Positions 37,877 to 47,968 of a stretch of 64,000 nucleotides of DNA are shown one piece after another. This DNA comes from an uncultured Acidimicrobiaceae bacterium (GTDB lineage Bacteria; Actinomycetota; Acidimicrobiia; Acidimicrobiales; RAAP-2): positions 1,899,717 to 1,963,716 of the forward strand of contig OY970387.1 of NCBI GenBank assembly GCA_963719485.1, in the 5' to 3' direction. The notes beneath the pieces are model-generated. The model ran no database searches and was not told the DNA's origin. It saw only the letters and a list, made by a program, of their open reading frames with translations. Made by a program: the position numbers and the translations under genes. The first letter of the stretch is position 1. Every line of letters starts with the position of its first letter.

Positions 37877-40057
37877 ATGCACGAGTTCATCGTCTTCACG
37901 ATCGCGGGACTGGCGACAGCTGGCATCTACGCGATCACAGCGAGCGGACTCACCCTCACATATACGACGACGGGCATCTTCAACTGGTCGCACGGGGCCA
38001 TCGGCATGTTGGCTGCCTTCGCCTATTGGCAAATGCACGTGGGCTGGGGTTGGCCGGCGATCCCATCGTTCCTGGTCTGCCTGGGCGTTCTCGCTCCCGT
38101 CCTCGGCATTGTCCTTGAGGCTGGAGTCATGCGCCGCTTGGATGGCACGTCAGAGGCGACGAAGCTCGTCGTAACCCTCGCCTTGGCGTTGTCGATGGTC
38201 GGTATCGCCCAGTGGATCTGGAGCCCCCTGACCTACCGGGCGCTGCCGCCGCTCTTTGCGGGCGAGACACTCGTGCTCGGCCCAATTCGCATCTCCTACA
38301 ACGACTTGGCGATCTTGATCGTCGCCTTGGTGGTCGCACTCGGGCTCCGTGTGTTGCTCTACAAGACCCGGCTCGGCGTCACAATGCGGGCCGCGGTCGA
38401 CGATCGCTCGCTGACGACGCTCAACGGCGCGAGCAATGTAAAGAGTGCCCGCTCAGCCTGGATCGTCGGCTGCGTGCTGGCGGCTCTCGCCGGCATCCTC
38501 GTCGCACCGACGTTGACGCTTTCCGCCACCGCCCTCACGCTCCTCATCGTGGACGCCTACGCCGCTTCTGTGATCGGCCGGCTGAAGAGCATCCCGATGA
38601 CGTTTGTCGGTGCCCTCGTCTTAGGGCTCGCAGTGAGTTACACCGTTGCCTATCTCCCGCAGAACCCGTACATCCAGGGATTCGAGGGTGCCGTTCCGGC
38701 CGTGGTCCTCTTCGCCGCCTTGCTGTTGTTGCCCCAGTCGCGACTCCGGGGCCACCGGCTCCTGCGTAGCCGCGAGCTCGCGCTGATGCCGACGTGGAAG
38801 GGCACAGCTGTCTTCGGTGTCTGCGTGATTGTGGGTGCGATCATGATTGCCACCGTCGTCTCGCAATCGGATCTGTACAGTCTCAACCGGGTCTGGGGCA
38901 TTGCCATCATCGGCCTCTCGCTCGTGCCTGTTGTCGGGTTTGCGGGGCGTCTCTCGCTCTGCCAGATGACCTTCGCTGGCATTGGCGCAGTCGTCGTCGG
39001 CCACCTCGGCGCGAACGGCAATCCGCTAGCGCTCCTCGCGGCGGCAGGGGTCTGCGCGATCGCAGGCGTCCTTGTCGCCCTTCCCGCCCTCCGGCTGTCC
39101 GGGATTTACTTCGCGTTGTCGACTGCAGCGTTTGCCGTCGCCATGGACGCGTGGATCTTCCCACTCCCCGCCTTCAATCTCTTCGGCAACCAGTTCGCCC
39201 CCTTCGGCACAGGCTCGCTGAGCTTCGCCCCGTTCCGAATGGGCAGCCTTGTCCTGTCGAACAAGGAACTCCAATTCGTGGTGGGGTCCGCCGCCTTCGT
39301 GGTTCTCGCCGGAGTGGTGGTCCTGGTCCGAAGATCGGAGTTCGGACATCGGCTCCTGGCCTTCAAGGACAGCCCAGCGGCGTGCGCCACGCTCGGAATG
39401 AACGCACGCGCCTCCACACTCGCCGTCTTCGCCATTTCCGCTGGGATCGCAGGGATCGGAGGTGGCCTCTACGGGCAGTCCCTGGGCAGCGCAGCTCCCG
39501 ACGTCTACGTGTTCTTCTCTGGGCTCTCCATCCTTCTTGTGATGGTCGTGGTGGGCATCGGCTCGCCGGGTTCTGGCGTCATGGCTGGGCTGTTCCTCGG
39601 GGGGCCGACGCTGGCGAACTTCTTTCCGTCTCTGACTCAGTTGAGCCCGGTGCTCGTCGGTGGCGCCGGCGTGAGCGTGGGCACGACGCCCAACGGCCTG
39701 ATACCGTCCGGACTCCGGCCGCTCTGGAGCTCAGTCCTTCGACGCAAAGCCCTCCTCGTTGCAATCATCGGCACGGTGCTCCTGGTCTGGGTGCTGCGGC
39801 TCGCAGGATTGCTCAGCAACTGGGCCATGGCTGGTGCATTGATCGCCGTCGTTGTGCTGGCCTCCTCCATCCCTTACGCGCTTGACCGTCGACGCGGTGA
39901 CGCACCGAGTGCCTTCGGCTTGCCCGCGCTCCATCCAGGTGCTCCCGAGGACGAGGATGCCTCACTCGAGTCTCCGATGACGGCAACCGCTAGCGCTCCA
40001 GCACGGCTGAACAGCGCCGTCTCCTCGGCCGTAGGGCCCCGGTTCCATGGGACTTGA
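37877..40057 (+). CDS. fused LivH-LivM branched-chain-amino-acid-type ABC permease
   Basis: 726 aa. The N-terminal half is LivH-like ('GLTLTYTTTGIFNWSHGAIGMLAAF'). The second half is LivM-like ('GFAGRLSLCQMTFAGIGA'). Confidence 0.85.
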   Translation: MHEFIVFTIAGLATAGIYAITASGLTLTYTTTGIFNWSHGAIGMLAAFAYWQMHVGWGWPAIPSFLVCLGVLAPVLGIVLEAGVMRRLDGTSEATKLVVTLALALSMVGIAQWIWSPLTYRALPPLFAGETLVLGPIRISYNDLAILIVALVVALGLRVLLYKTRLGVTMRAAVDDRSLTTLNGASNVKSARSAWIVGCVLAALAGILVAPTLTLSATALTLLIVDAYAASVIGRLKSIPMTFVGALVLGLAVSYTVAYLPQNPYIQGFEGAVPAVVLFAALLLLPQSRLRGHRLLRSRELALMPTWKGTAVFGVCVIVGAIMIATVVSQSDLYSLNRVWGIAIIGLSLVPVVGFAGRLSLCQMTFAGIGAVVVGHLGANGNPLALLAAAGVCAIAGVLVALPALRLSGIYFALSTAAFAVAMDAWIFPLPAFNLFGNQFAPFGTGSLSFAPFRMGSLVLSNKELQFVVGSAAFVVLAGVVVLVRRSEFGHRLLAFKDSPAACATLGMNARASTLAVFAISAGIAGIGGGLYGQSLGSAAPDVYVFFSGLSILLVMVVVGIGSPGSGVMAGLFLGGPTLANFFPSLTQLSPVLVGGAGVSVGTTPNGLIPSGLRPLWSSVLRRKALLVAIIGTVLLVWVLRLAGLLSNWAMAGALIAVVVLASSIPYALDRRRGDAPSAFGLPALHPGAPEDEDASLESPMTATASAPARLNSAVSSAVGPRFHGT

Positions 40058-40802
40058 CGTCACAGATGTCAGTGTCAGCTTCGGTGGAGTCGCCGCCCTG
40101 ACGAACGTCTCACTTGCTGCCCCGAAGGGTCTTATCACGGGCTTGATCGGACCCAACGGCGCCGGAAAGACGACTCTTTTCGACGTCATCACTGGCATGC
40201 GCAAACCGAGCCAGGGCACGTTGCTGCTCGATCATCGCGATCTTCGCGGGCTATCCCCACACCGTCGGTCCCGCCTTGGTCTTGGAAGGACGTTTCAGCG
40301 CCTCGAGCTGTTCGGAACACTGACTGTGCGAGAGAACATCAACGTTGCGGCGTCCATCGGTCGGCGCCATCGGGCCCGCCGCGTGGCGACGGAACCGTCC
40401 GAGCCCCTCGGAGCTTTGGCCGAAAGGCTGATCAAGGCGGTACATCTCGAGGCCGTCGCCGACCGGCGTGCCGACACCGTGTCCACCGGCACGGGCCGAC
40501 TCGTCGAGCTCGCCCGCGCCCTCGCCGTCAAGCCGAGCGTGCTCCTGCTCGATGAACCGGCATCAGGGCAGAATGCCGAAGAAACCGAAGAGTTCGCCGG
40601 GGTACTGCGGCACCTGGCCGCGGACGGTCTTTCGGTTCTGCTTGTGGAACACGACATGGAGCTGGTCATGGGGGTCTGCGACAGCGTCTACGTGTTGGTC
40701 CAGGGGGCAATCTTGCGATCCGGCACCCCCGCCCAGGTCCAGAGCGACCCCGCCGTAGCGGCCGCGTATCTCGGGAGCTTGGCTGGAGCCGGCAATGCCT
40801 GA
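40047..40802 (+). CDS. ABC transporter ATP-binding protein (LivG-like)
   Basis: 251 aa with Walker A 'GPNGAGKTT', the signature 'STGTGRL' and Walker B 'LLLDEP'. Confidence 0.9.
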   Translation: MGLDVTDVSVSFGGVAALTNVSLAAPKGLITGLIGPNGAGKTTLFDVITGMRKPSQGTLLLDHRDLRGLSPHRRSRLGLGRTFQRLELFGTLTVRENINVAASIGRRHRARRVATEPSEPLGALAERLIKAVHLEAVADRRADTVSTGTGRLVELARALAVKPSVLLLDEPASGQNAEETEEFAGVLRHLAADGLSVLLVEHDMELVMGVCDSVYVLVQGAILRSGTPAQVQSDPAVAAAYLGSLAGAGNA

Positions 40803-41550
40803 GATGTCTGGAGCACTCCTGGCTGCTCGTGGTGTCCGAGCGTGCTACGAGGGAGTGGAGGTGCTCCACGGAATTGATCTGCAAATTGACCGGGGTTCGG
40901 TGACGGCGATCCTGGGTCCCAACGGCGCGGGCAAGTCGACGCTCCTGGCCGTCATCGCCGGCCTGCACGAGTGCTCCGCGGGTGAGGTCTTCTTCGATGG
41001 CACGCCGGTAAGCGTGGCCCACGCCGACTCCCTGGCACGCTCTGGGCTTTGCCTCATCCCGGAGGGGAGGGGAGTCTTCGCCAACCTGACTGTGCAGGAG
41101 AACCTATGGATGATGACGCACAATGGCTCAAGCCGACGCGCCATCGAAGAGCGGGCCTTCGCACGCTTTCCGCAGCTCGTGGGCCGACGAGGTCAGGTGG
41201 CCGGCACGCTGTCCGGAGGTGAGCAACAGATGCTCGCCATGGCTCGGGCTGTGGCCACCGAGCCGAGGCTGCTCCTCCTTGATGAGCTGTCCATGGGCCT
41301 GGCTCCCATCGTCGTGGAGGAGCTCTACGCCGTTGTTCGGAACCTCGCCGCGGATGGCGTCACGGTCGTCGTCGTCGAGCAATTTGCGGAGTTCGCGCTG
41401 AGCGTCGCCACGTGGGCTGTCGTGATGACGGGCGGAAGGGCTGTGCATTCCGGGAAGGCCACGGAGGTGGCCGGTTCCCTGCACGACATGTACCTGGGGA
41501 CGAATTCGACCAATGGAAAAGCATCGTCACGAAGCAAGGAGGAGCGATGA
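40795..41550 (+). CDS. ABC transporter ATP-binding protein (LivF-like)
   Basis: 251 aa with 'GPNGAGKST', 'LSGGEQQML' and 'LLLDELS'. Confidence 0.9.
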   Translation: MPEMSGALLAARGVRACYEGVEVLHGIDLQIDRGSVTAILGPNGAGKSTLLAVIAGLHECSAGEVFFDGTPVSVAHADSLARSGLCLIPEGRGVFANLTVQENLWMMTHNGSSRRAIEERAFARFPQLVGRRGQVAGTLSGGEQQMLAMARAVATEPRLLLLDELSMGLAPIVVEELYAVVRNLAADGVTVVVVEQFAEFALSVATWAVVMTGGRAVHSGKATEVAGSLHDMYLGTNSTNGKASSRSKEER

Positions 41551-42677
41551 CACTTCTGGACGCCCGTGAGGGTCCGACGAGCGATGAGCGCTTGATCTCA
41601 GCTGACAGCCATGTCGCCATCACCCACAAGCAGGTGAGAGCACATCTTGCCCGAGCCTTCCACTCCGACTATGACGACGCCGTTGCCGCCTTCACCCAAC
41701 GGATGGAGCGCGGCACGGCGGCTGCCAATCAGGCGGGCGTGACAATCAAACGGAGCGACAACGACGAACATATTGGGGCGAATGCCGTGTTCAAAAGGCC
41801 TGGTTATGGAGATCCACGTCAACGGCTGACAGACATGGACCTCGACGGTGTCGACGTGGAGGTGCTGTACTCGGAGGTCAGCGCCTTTCGATATATCCCG
41901 GACCTGAAGACTGGCGCCGGCGAGGCCACGCGTGCCTTCAATGACGCCTTGGACGAATTCGCCTCGACGGATCGTGAACGACTTTGCGTGTCGTACCAGA
42001 TACCGATCCACGACACCGACTTCGCCGTGGCCGAAGTGCAGCGCACCGCGGCTCGAGGCGGGAAGTCGCTCCAGCTTCCGGTGTTCCCGCCCGAGTTCGG
42101 GCTCCCTGACTACTACGACGAGCGGTACGACCGCCTCTTTTCGGCCATTGAGGAGACCGGTCTGCCGGTGTGCTGCCACATCGGCCTCAACACGAGTCTG
42201 GACGACCTCAGCCGACGGGATCCGACTCCTCAGAAGGGAGTGATGGTTGCGATGACGCCGCTCACGACGGGGGAGGCGTTCGGCATGTGGATCCTGACCG
42301 GGGTGCTGGCCCGGCACCCCCGGCTCAAGCTGGTGTTCGTCGAACCAGGATTGGCCTGGGTTGCTTGGTGGCTGCACGTGGTCGATGACATGGCGCTTCG
42401 ACAGGGCTACGAGTTCCCGGGATTAAGCGAACTTCCCAGTTTCTACTTCCATCAGAACGTGCATCTGACGTTCATCGAGGAGGACTTCTCGCTCGAGCTC
42501 CTGCGCGACCGGATCGGCGTTGAGAACATCATGTGGTCCTCTGATTACCCCCACCCGGTCACCTCCTGGCCTCATTCACGTCAGGTGGTTGAGAAGCAGT
42601 TCCACTCGATTCCGCCGGACGAGCGCGAGCTCATCCTCTCCGGGAACGCCAGGCGTGTCTGGAACCTGTCGGACTAG
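41547..42677 (+). CDS. amidohydrolase_2 family protein
   Basis: The ATG at 41547 (ATGA overlap) lies within ORF 41412..42677. It has 'ISADSHV' and 'IMWSSDYPHP'. It is a paralog of 46773..47834. Confidence 0.88.
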   Translation: MTLLDAREGPTSDERLISADSHVAITHKQVRAHLARAFHSDYDDAVAAFTQRMERGTAAANQAGVTIKRSDNDEHIGANAVFKRPGYGDPRQRLTDMDLDGVDVEVLYSEVSAFRYIPDLKTGAGEATRAFNDALDEFASTDRERLCVSYQIPIHDTDFAVAEVQRTAARGGKSLQLPVFPPEFGLPDYYDERYDRLFSAIEETGLPVCCHIGLNTSLDDLSRRDPTPQKGVMVAMTPLTTGEAFGMWILTGVLARHPRLKLVFVEPGLAWVAWWLHVVDDMALRQGYEFPGLSELPSFYFHQNVHLTFIEEDFSLELLRDRIGVENIMWSSDYPHPVTSWPHSRQVVEKQFHSIPPDERELILSGNARRVWNLSD

Positions 42678-42695
42678 GCGAATGGGAGACCTGGC

Positions 42696-43433
42696 ATGAT
42701 TGCTCGAACGCAGGTACTGCTGCCGGAGAGACCCCGAGGAGGGCGGAGACATGGGCGTGCGAATGGGGCGAAAGGCATGAGCCCGCGCGCCACCCCGACG
42801 ACACCTCGTACGCGCTCCCGCTCCCAGCCCGAATATCTCGACAAGGCGACCCTTGTGCGGACCGCGGCCGAAGTCGCCGATCGCGTCGGCTGGTCGGAGC
42901 TCACACTTTCCGAGGTGGCCCGGGAAGTCGATCGGCACGTCACTTCCCTCTACGCCCACGTCGACGGTCTCGATGATCTCCGGCGGGAAGTCACACTGCT
43001 GGCCCTGGACGAAATGATTGACGCGGTCTGGCGGGCGACTCTCGGGCGCGTGCGAGAGGATGCGCTGCGTGAGATTGCGCGGGCCCTGCGCCAGTACTGC
43101 GAGGACCATCCGGCACGAGCTGCCGCCGTCATCCTGACGAAGCACGCTTTGGATCCCGAGCAGGTCAGCAAGGCCGAGCGACTGGCAGAGCCCGTTCAGG
43201 CCACCTTGCGGAGCTTCGGTCTCAGCGAGAATCAAGTGTTCCACGCGCACCGCGCCTTCGCTGCCTCGGTGTGGGGCTTCACTCAAGGCGAGAACGGAGA
43301 GCTCTTTCCAGAGGGACGGGTCGACGAGTCGTTCGAGCAGATCCTCGAGATGTTCTTCCTGGCACTGAACAGTGGCACATGGCCGAGCGAACGACGCAAA
43401 CGGCCCGCGACTCGTTCGGTGAAGCGTCGTTGA
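42696..43433 (+). CDS. TetR family transcriptional regulator
   Basis: It has an HTH 'LTLSEVAREVDRHVTSLYAHV'. The start is uncertain (42696 or ATG 42777). Confidence 0.8.
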   Translation: MIARTQVLLPERPRGGRRHGRANGAKGMSPRATPTTPRTRSRSQPEYLDKATLVRTAAEVADRVGWSELTLSEVAREVDRHVTSLYAHVDGLDDLRREVTLLALDEMIDAVWRATLGRVREDALREIARALRQYCEDHPARAAAVILTKHALDPEQVSKAERLAEPVQATLRSFGLSENQVFHAHRAFAASVWGFTQGENGELFPEGRVDESFEQILEMFFLALNSGTWPSERRKRPATRSVKRR

Positions 43434-43486
43434 CCGCCCTGCCGGGGAGTGCAGAACCGGCACCTCGCACTCCATCTGAGGCCCAG

Positions 43487-44452
43487 ATGATCGACGTAAG
43501 ACGGTCGGAAGTCAGTGTGGACGTGAGCGCTGTCGCGCCCGCAGGGTGCAGGCGGATTGCTGCCGATGTCTTCGTACCCCAGAGTCTCCGTACGATGCCC
43601 TTGCTGTGGGTGTGCGTCCCGGGCGGTGGCATCAATCGTCGGTACTTCGACCTCGAGGTCGCGGGCCAGCACAGTGCATTCAGCATGGCCCGCCATCTCG
43701 CGTCACGCGGCGACCTCGTCGTGACGGTCGACCCTCCGGGTGTCGGAGGGAGCGATGTGCCCGATGACGGGTACGCCCTCACTCCCCGCGTGGTCGCCGA
43801 CGTCCTAGCGGGAGCCATCCACACGCTCCGAGCGGATCTCGGAACCGACGGCATTGCAGCTGCGGGGCTGCCCACTGTCGTTCCCAGGGCCACGGTCGGA
43901 CTCGGTCACTCGGCCGGGGCGCTTCTCGTCGCCTTCCAGCAGGCGCACCACAAGTCTTATGATGTCATCGCTCTGCTCGGGTTTTCCGCGTCGGGACTGC
44001 CGGGCGTCCTGAACGAAGAAGAGCTCCGCTATGCGGGCTGCCCTGAACGGTTCTCGGAAGATCTGAAGACGCTCACCAGGGCGCGATTCGGCGATCCGCT
44101 CCCCGAGTGGTCGAGCAGCAGCGCAGGTGAGCTGGAGCGCAATTCTGTTGCCACTGAGGTCGACGTGGCGCTGGCAGCGGCGAGCTCACGACTGTTGGCG
44201 CTCGTCGGGATGACGGCCATCGTGCCCGGGTCGGTGCAACCAGAGCTTGACCAGCTCCGTGGCCCCCTCTTTGCTGCCCTCGGCGACCATGATCTCGGCG
44301 GCACATTGGACGTCCTGCCGGGGCAGCTTCCCGCCTGCGGTGATCTCACGTTGTTCCTTCTCGAGGGCGCCGGTCACAACCACAACGTGGCGGTCAATCG
44401 CCGCATCCTCTGGGAACGCGTTGGCCGATGGGCAACATCCGTCACTTCCTGA
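43487..44452 (+). CDS. alpha/beta hydrolase (Ser nucleophile, GHSAG)
   Basis: Part of ORF 43271..44452. ATG 43487 is chosen because it clears the TetR stop; ATG 43379 is also possible. Confidence 0.7.
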   Translation: MIDVRRSEVSVDVSAVAPAGCRRIAADVFVPQSLRTMPLLWVCVPGGGINRRYFDLEVAGQHSAFSMARHLASRGDLVVTVDPPGVGGSDVPDDGYALTPRVVADVLAGAIHTLRADLGTDGIAAAGLPTVVPRATVGLGHSAGALLVAFQQAHHKSYDVIALLGFSASGLPGVLNEEELRYAGCPERFSEDLKTLTRARFGDPLPEWSSSSAGELERNSVATEVDVALAAASSRLLALVGMTAIVPGSVQPELDQLRGPLFAALGDHDLGGTLDVLPGQLPACGDLTLFLLEGAGHNHNVAVNRRILWERVGRWATSVTS

Positions 44453-44508
44453 CAAGTGTTTGGCTTGCGTGGTCGATCACTACCCAGCATGACGTTGCGG
44501 CCTCAGCT

Positions 44509-44526
44509 CCATAGTGACTACTATGG
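44509..44526. promoter_or_regulatory. palindromic operator-like site 5: CCATAG-TGACTA-CTATGG
   Basis: Read directly. It lies 93 nt upstream of the P450 ATG. An extra ACTATGG half-site is at 44538-44544. Confidence 0.65.
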
Positions 44527-44618
44527 AGCGCGGTATCGACTATGGCTGGTGGCTGCGGTCGGGAAGGAATCGGTCACTCCGAGGATCCGGACCCGGTCCA
44601 CCGTGGAGGACAGCAGTG

Positions 44619-45809
44619 ATGCATTCGACCCTGGTGTACGACCCGTCCTCTTACGAGCTCCAGGAGAATCCCTTCCCCACCTACCGAAGGATGCAGGACG
44701 AGGCTCCTCTTTACCGGAACCCGGAAATGGACTTTTGGGCGCTCACCCGATTCGACGACGTCGTTGCCGGCCTGGCGGACTGGTCCAGTCTCAGTTCAGC
44801 CCGCGGCACCTTGATCGAACAGATCCAGAGTGGTGGCGCACCCCCGGACATGATGATCTTCAATGATCCGCCACGGCACGAACAGCTTCGGCGCCTGATC
44901 GGGCGCGCCTTCACCCCACGCCGCGTGGCGCAGCTCGACGGCACTGTCCGGACCATGTGCAACGCGTGGCTTGACCAGATGCACGACGCGGGCGGGGGAG
45001 AGGTGGTCGCGGAACTGGCCGGAAGGCTCCCGATGGCGGTGATCGCCGCGCTGCTGGGCGCACCAGCCGAGGACAACCCCCGTCTCAAGGACCTGTCGGA
45101 CAGGCTGCTCCACCGTGAGGACGGTTCAATGGCCATGCCGGAGGACGGCATCGCGGCAGGGGCGGAATTATGGGTCTACTTCAGCGAGCTGATTGCCCGT
45201 CGCCGCGTCCATCCCGCAGACGACCTCGTCTCGGCTCTGATCCAGGCCGAGGTACCGACCGCGGATGGCGAGTTGCAGCGCCTCACGGAGGAAGAAATGG
45301 TCAACTTCTGCCTCCTGCTCGGTGTCGCGGGCAATGAGACGACGGCCAAGCTGATCGCCACGGGGGTCGTGACGCTCAACGATTTTCCGGATGAGCGGGC
45401 CCGGCTGGCGGCTGATCCCAGCTTGTGGCCGAAGGCGGTTGAGGAACTCCTTCGATTCGATCCGCCTTCGCACTATCAGGGCAGGGTCACGACCGCGCCG
45501 ATCGAGCGTCACGGCGACGAGATACCTGAAGGTTCGATCGTGCTCCTGATCAACGGGGCGGCCAACCGGGACCCGCGTGCGTTCCCCGATCCGGACCGCT
45601 ACATCGCCGATCGGCCAATTGAACGTCACCTTGCCTTCGGTCACAGCATTCACTTCTGTCTGGGAGCACCTCTCGCCCGGCTCGAGACGAGGATTGCGTT
45701 GGAGGAGTTCATCAAGCGGTTCCCGCTCTACGAGGTCGACCGAGATGGAATCGAACGATTTCACTCGACCAACGTGCGCGGCCTCTCCAAGGTGCCATTC
45801 GCCCCATAG
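44619..45809 (+). CDS. cytochrome P450
   Basis: It has 'FNDPPRHEQLRRL', 'AGNETT' and the heme loop 'FGHSIHFCLGAPLA'. The ATG (MHSTLVYDP) lies within ORF 44514..45809. Confidence 0.92.
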   Translation: MHSTLVYDPSSYELQENPFPTYRRMQDEAPLYRNPEMDFWALTRFDDVVAGLADWSSLSSARGTLIEQIQSGGAPPDMMIFNDPPRHEQLRRLIGRAFTPRRVAQLDGTVRTMCNAWLDQMHDAGGGEVVAELAGRLPMAVIAALLGAPAEDNPRLKDLSDRLLHREDGSMAMPEDGIAAGAELWVYFSELIARRRVHPADDLVSALIQAEVPTADGELQRLTEEEMVNFCLLLGVAGNETTAKLIATGVVTLNDFPDERARLAADPSLWPKAVEELLRFDPPSHYQGRVTTAPIERHGDEIPEGSIVLLINGAANRDPRAFPDPDRYIADRPIERHLAFGHSIHFCLGAPLARLETRIALEEFIKRFPLYEVDRDGIERFHSTNVRGLSKVPFAP

Positions 45810-45946
45810 CGGGGCACTTCCGGGAGCTGCTCGCGTGGAGACCCTTAGCCTCCCAAGGGTTGGCATTCTGCCCTCCCCGTGAGCAGTTCCCGTGGTGTCA
45901 CGCAGGCCGGACGCCGCAGTTCGCCGCGGCTTCCGGCTTCTCAGCC

Positions 45947-46738
45947 CTACGTCGACTGCCCCCGAGCGTGGGCGAGCGCCGTGGCGTTGTCGGACTGCGC
46001 GGGGGCGGGTGACCTCAGCTCGATCCTCGGCATACCGATCGACGGTGCCTCAATGAGGCTGGCGAAAGTTGCGATCAGCACATCACACACTTCCTCGGTG
46101 TTCATGAAGGCAGAGGCATTTCTTCCAGACGATGTCCAGACCGAGAAGGCTTCGACGATGTCGTCGGCCGCAAAGTGTTGTCCGGATTCGGTCGGGACGG
46201 TGGCGCCCAACGAAATCGTCGTGAATCGGATCCACGGGTGCTCCTCGCGCCATTGCTGCATCATGTGCTCAAGAGCTGCCTTGCTTGCACCGTAGGCTCC
46301 CAGGTGGCTCCGCGGTGCATGGACGGCTTCGGAGGACACCACGGCAACCACTGCCGCGGGGGAGAGGTGTTCGAGCAGGGCCACGATTGTTCGGTGGATG
46401 CCGACCACGTTGGTCGAAAGCGCATCGTCCCAGTCCTGGTGGGTCGTGACCGCGAGCCGTCGCAGTGGCGCCATTCCGGCCGACACGAGCAGGAGGTCCA
46501 CAGGAGACGCGACGGCGGCGACTTCTCTGGCGAGGTGCCGACATCCTTCGACGTCACGGAGGTCGGTCTCAACGGAATGGCCGCCTCCAGCCTGCTTCAC
46601 CAATTGCGCCAGCGCTGCACCCCGCCGAGCCGCCACCACAACCCGTGCACCCGCACGGATGGCTCGCTCGGCCACGCCCTTGCCGATTCCCGAGGAAGCT
46701 CCGACAACGACGAGTGACCGCGCGGCGAGAGAGGGCAT
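45947..46738 (-). CDS. SDR family oxidoreductase
   Basis: 263 aa with 'VVVGASSGIGKG' and 'YGASKAAL'. Confidence 0.9.
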   Translation of the reverse strand: MPSLAARSLVVVGASSGIGKGVAERAIRAGARVVVAARRGAALAQLVKQAGGGHSVETDLRDVEGCRHLAREVAAVASPVDLLLVSAGMAPLRRLAVTTHQDWDDALSTNVVGIHRTIVALLEHLSPAAVVAVVSSEAVHAPRSHLGAYGASKAALEHMMQQWREEHPWIRFTTISLGATVPTESGQHFAADDIVEAFSVWTSSGRNASAFMNTEEVCDVLIATFASLIEAPSIGMPRIELRSPAPAQSDNATALAHARGQST

Positions 46739-46772
46739 GCCGTAGGGCCTACCCCTCTATACCCCGCGCACG

Positions 46773-47834
46773 CTACAGGCCATAGACGCGGGAAGCGTTG
46801 CCAGCCACCATCAGATCTCGCTCGTCGGCGGGGATACCCTCGAAGTTCTTCTCGACGACGATCTGCGAGTTCGGCCACGAGGTCGCAGGGTGCGGAAAGT
46901 CAGTGGACCACATAATCCGGTCGACGCCGAGCTCATGCCGATGCTCGAGGCCCCGCGCATCGTCGACAAACGTCATGTACATCTGGCGATGGAAGTAGCT
47001 ACTTGGCTTATCGTCCAGCTCAGGGAAGTCATAGGGGCCCTCAGCCATATGGTCCAACACGTGCAGGTAGTGCGGAATCCAGCCCAAGCTCGGTTCGACC
47101 AGGACGATCTTGAGGTCGGGAAAGCGGGCGAGGACGCCCGGCAGGATCCAGAAGGCGATGGTCTCGGCGAGCCGCATGGCCGGTTGCGAAGTGAAGATCG
47201 CCTTCTGCCGCGTGGGATCGCGACGGAAGAGGTCCCAGAGGGACGCCACGAGCCCTAGGTGTTGGCTGACCGACATTTCCGACGCTGAAATCGCTGACCA
47301 GACGGGGTCATACCGGGCATCGTGGTACTCGGGCAGCCCGACCTCGCTGGGGAAGGTCGGAATGTGGATTGCCTTCGCCCCTTCGGCTGCCAGCCCCTCG
47401 ATCTGCTTGACGGCGAACTCGATGTCCATGAGGGGCACTTGATAGGCCGGCACCAGGCGCGCCGGGTCAGCAGAGGCAAAGTCGAGCATGAAACGATTGA
47501 ACGCTTCGGACGCCTCCTTCCAGCCGTCCTTCATATGGGGGTAGTGCCGGAAGGCACTGACCTCGCTGTAGAGGATTTCGGCGTCCACCCCATCACGGTC
47601 CATGGCCTTCAACCGCTGTACTGGGTCGTAGTACCCGGGGTCTGTGAATGCCTCGTGGCTGAACCCCGCCACCATGACCGAGCGGTCCACGCCCCCCATC
47701 TCCCTCTGTTGCTGTTCCTCTTCAGCTGCGATCGCACCATCCCAGTCGGCCTGGTATTTCGTTGGAATGAGCTCTCTGAGTTGTTCGGGCGTCACCTTGA
47801 CGTGAGAGTCAACGGAGATCAGTCGGGTCGTCAT
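46773..47834 (-). CDS. amidohydrolase_2 family protein
   Basis: The ATG at 47834 follows GAGGGAGGG. It has 'ISVDSHV' and 'IMWSTDFPHP'. Confidence 0.88.
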   Translation of the reverse strand: MTTRLISVDSHVKVTPEQLRELIPTKYQADWDGAIAAEEEQQQREMGGVDRSVMVAGFSHEAFTDPGYYDPVQRLKAMDRDGVDAEILYSEVSAFRHYPHMKDGWKEASEAFNRFMLDFASADPARLVPAYQVPLMDIEFAVKQIEGLAAEGAKAIHIPTFPSEVGLPEYHDARYDPVWSAISASEMSVSQHLGLVASLWDLFRRDPTRQKAIFTSQPAMRLAETIAFWILPGVLARFPDLKIVLVEPSLGWIPHYLHVLDHMAEGPYDFPELDDKPSSYFHRQMYMTFVDDARGLEHRHELGVDRIMWSTDFPHPATSWPNSQIVVEKNFEGIPADERDLMVAGNASRVYGL

Positions 47835-47898
47835 ATGCCCTCCCTCGGACGGGGCCTCGTGGTTGGCCGGGACATGCCCAAGCACCTCGAGTCCACTA

Positions 47899-47916
47899 AC
47901 ATAGTAGCTACAATGT
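47899..47916. promoter_or_regulatory. palindromic operator-like site 6: ACATAG-TAGCTA-CAATGT (plus extra half-site ACATAG at 47925-47930)
   Basis: Read directly. It sits in the divergent gap between the amidohydrolase (minus strand) and TetR (plus strand). Confidence 0.65.
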
Positions 47917-47968
47917 TGAACGTAACATAGGCCCCTCAGGCCGACAAGGGACACCTAGAGTTGCCAGC

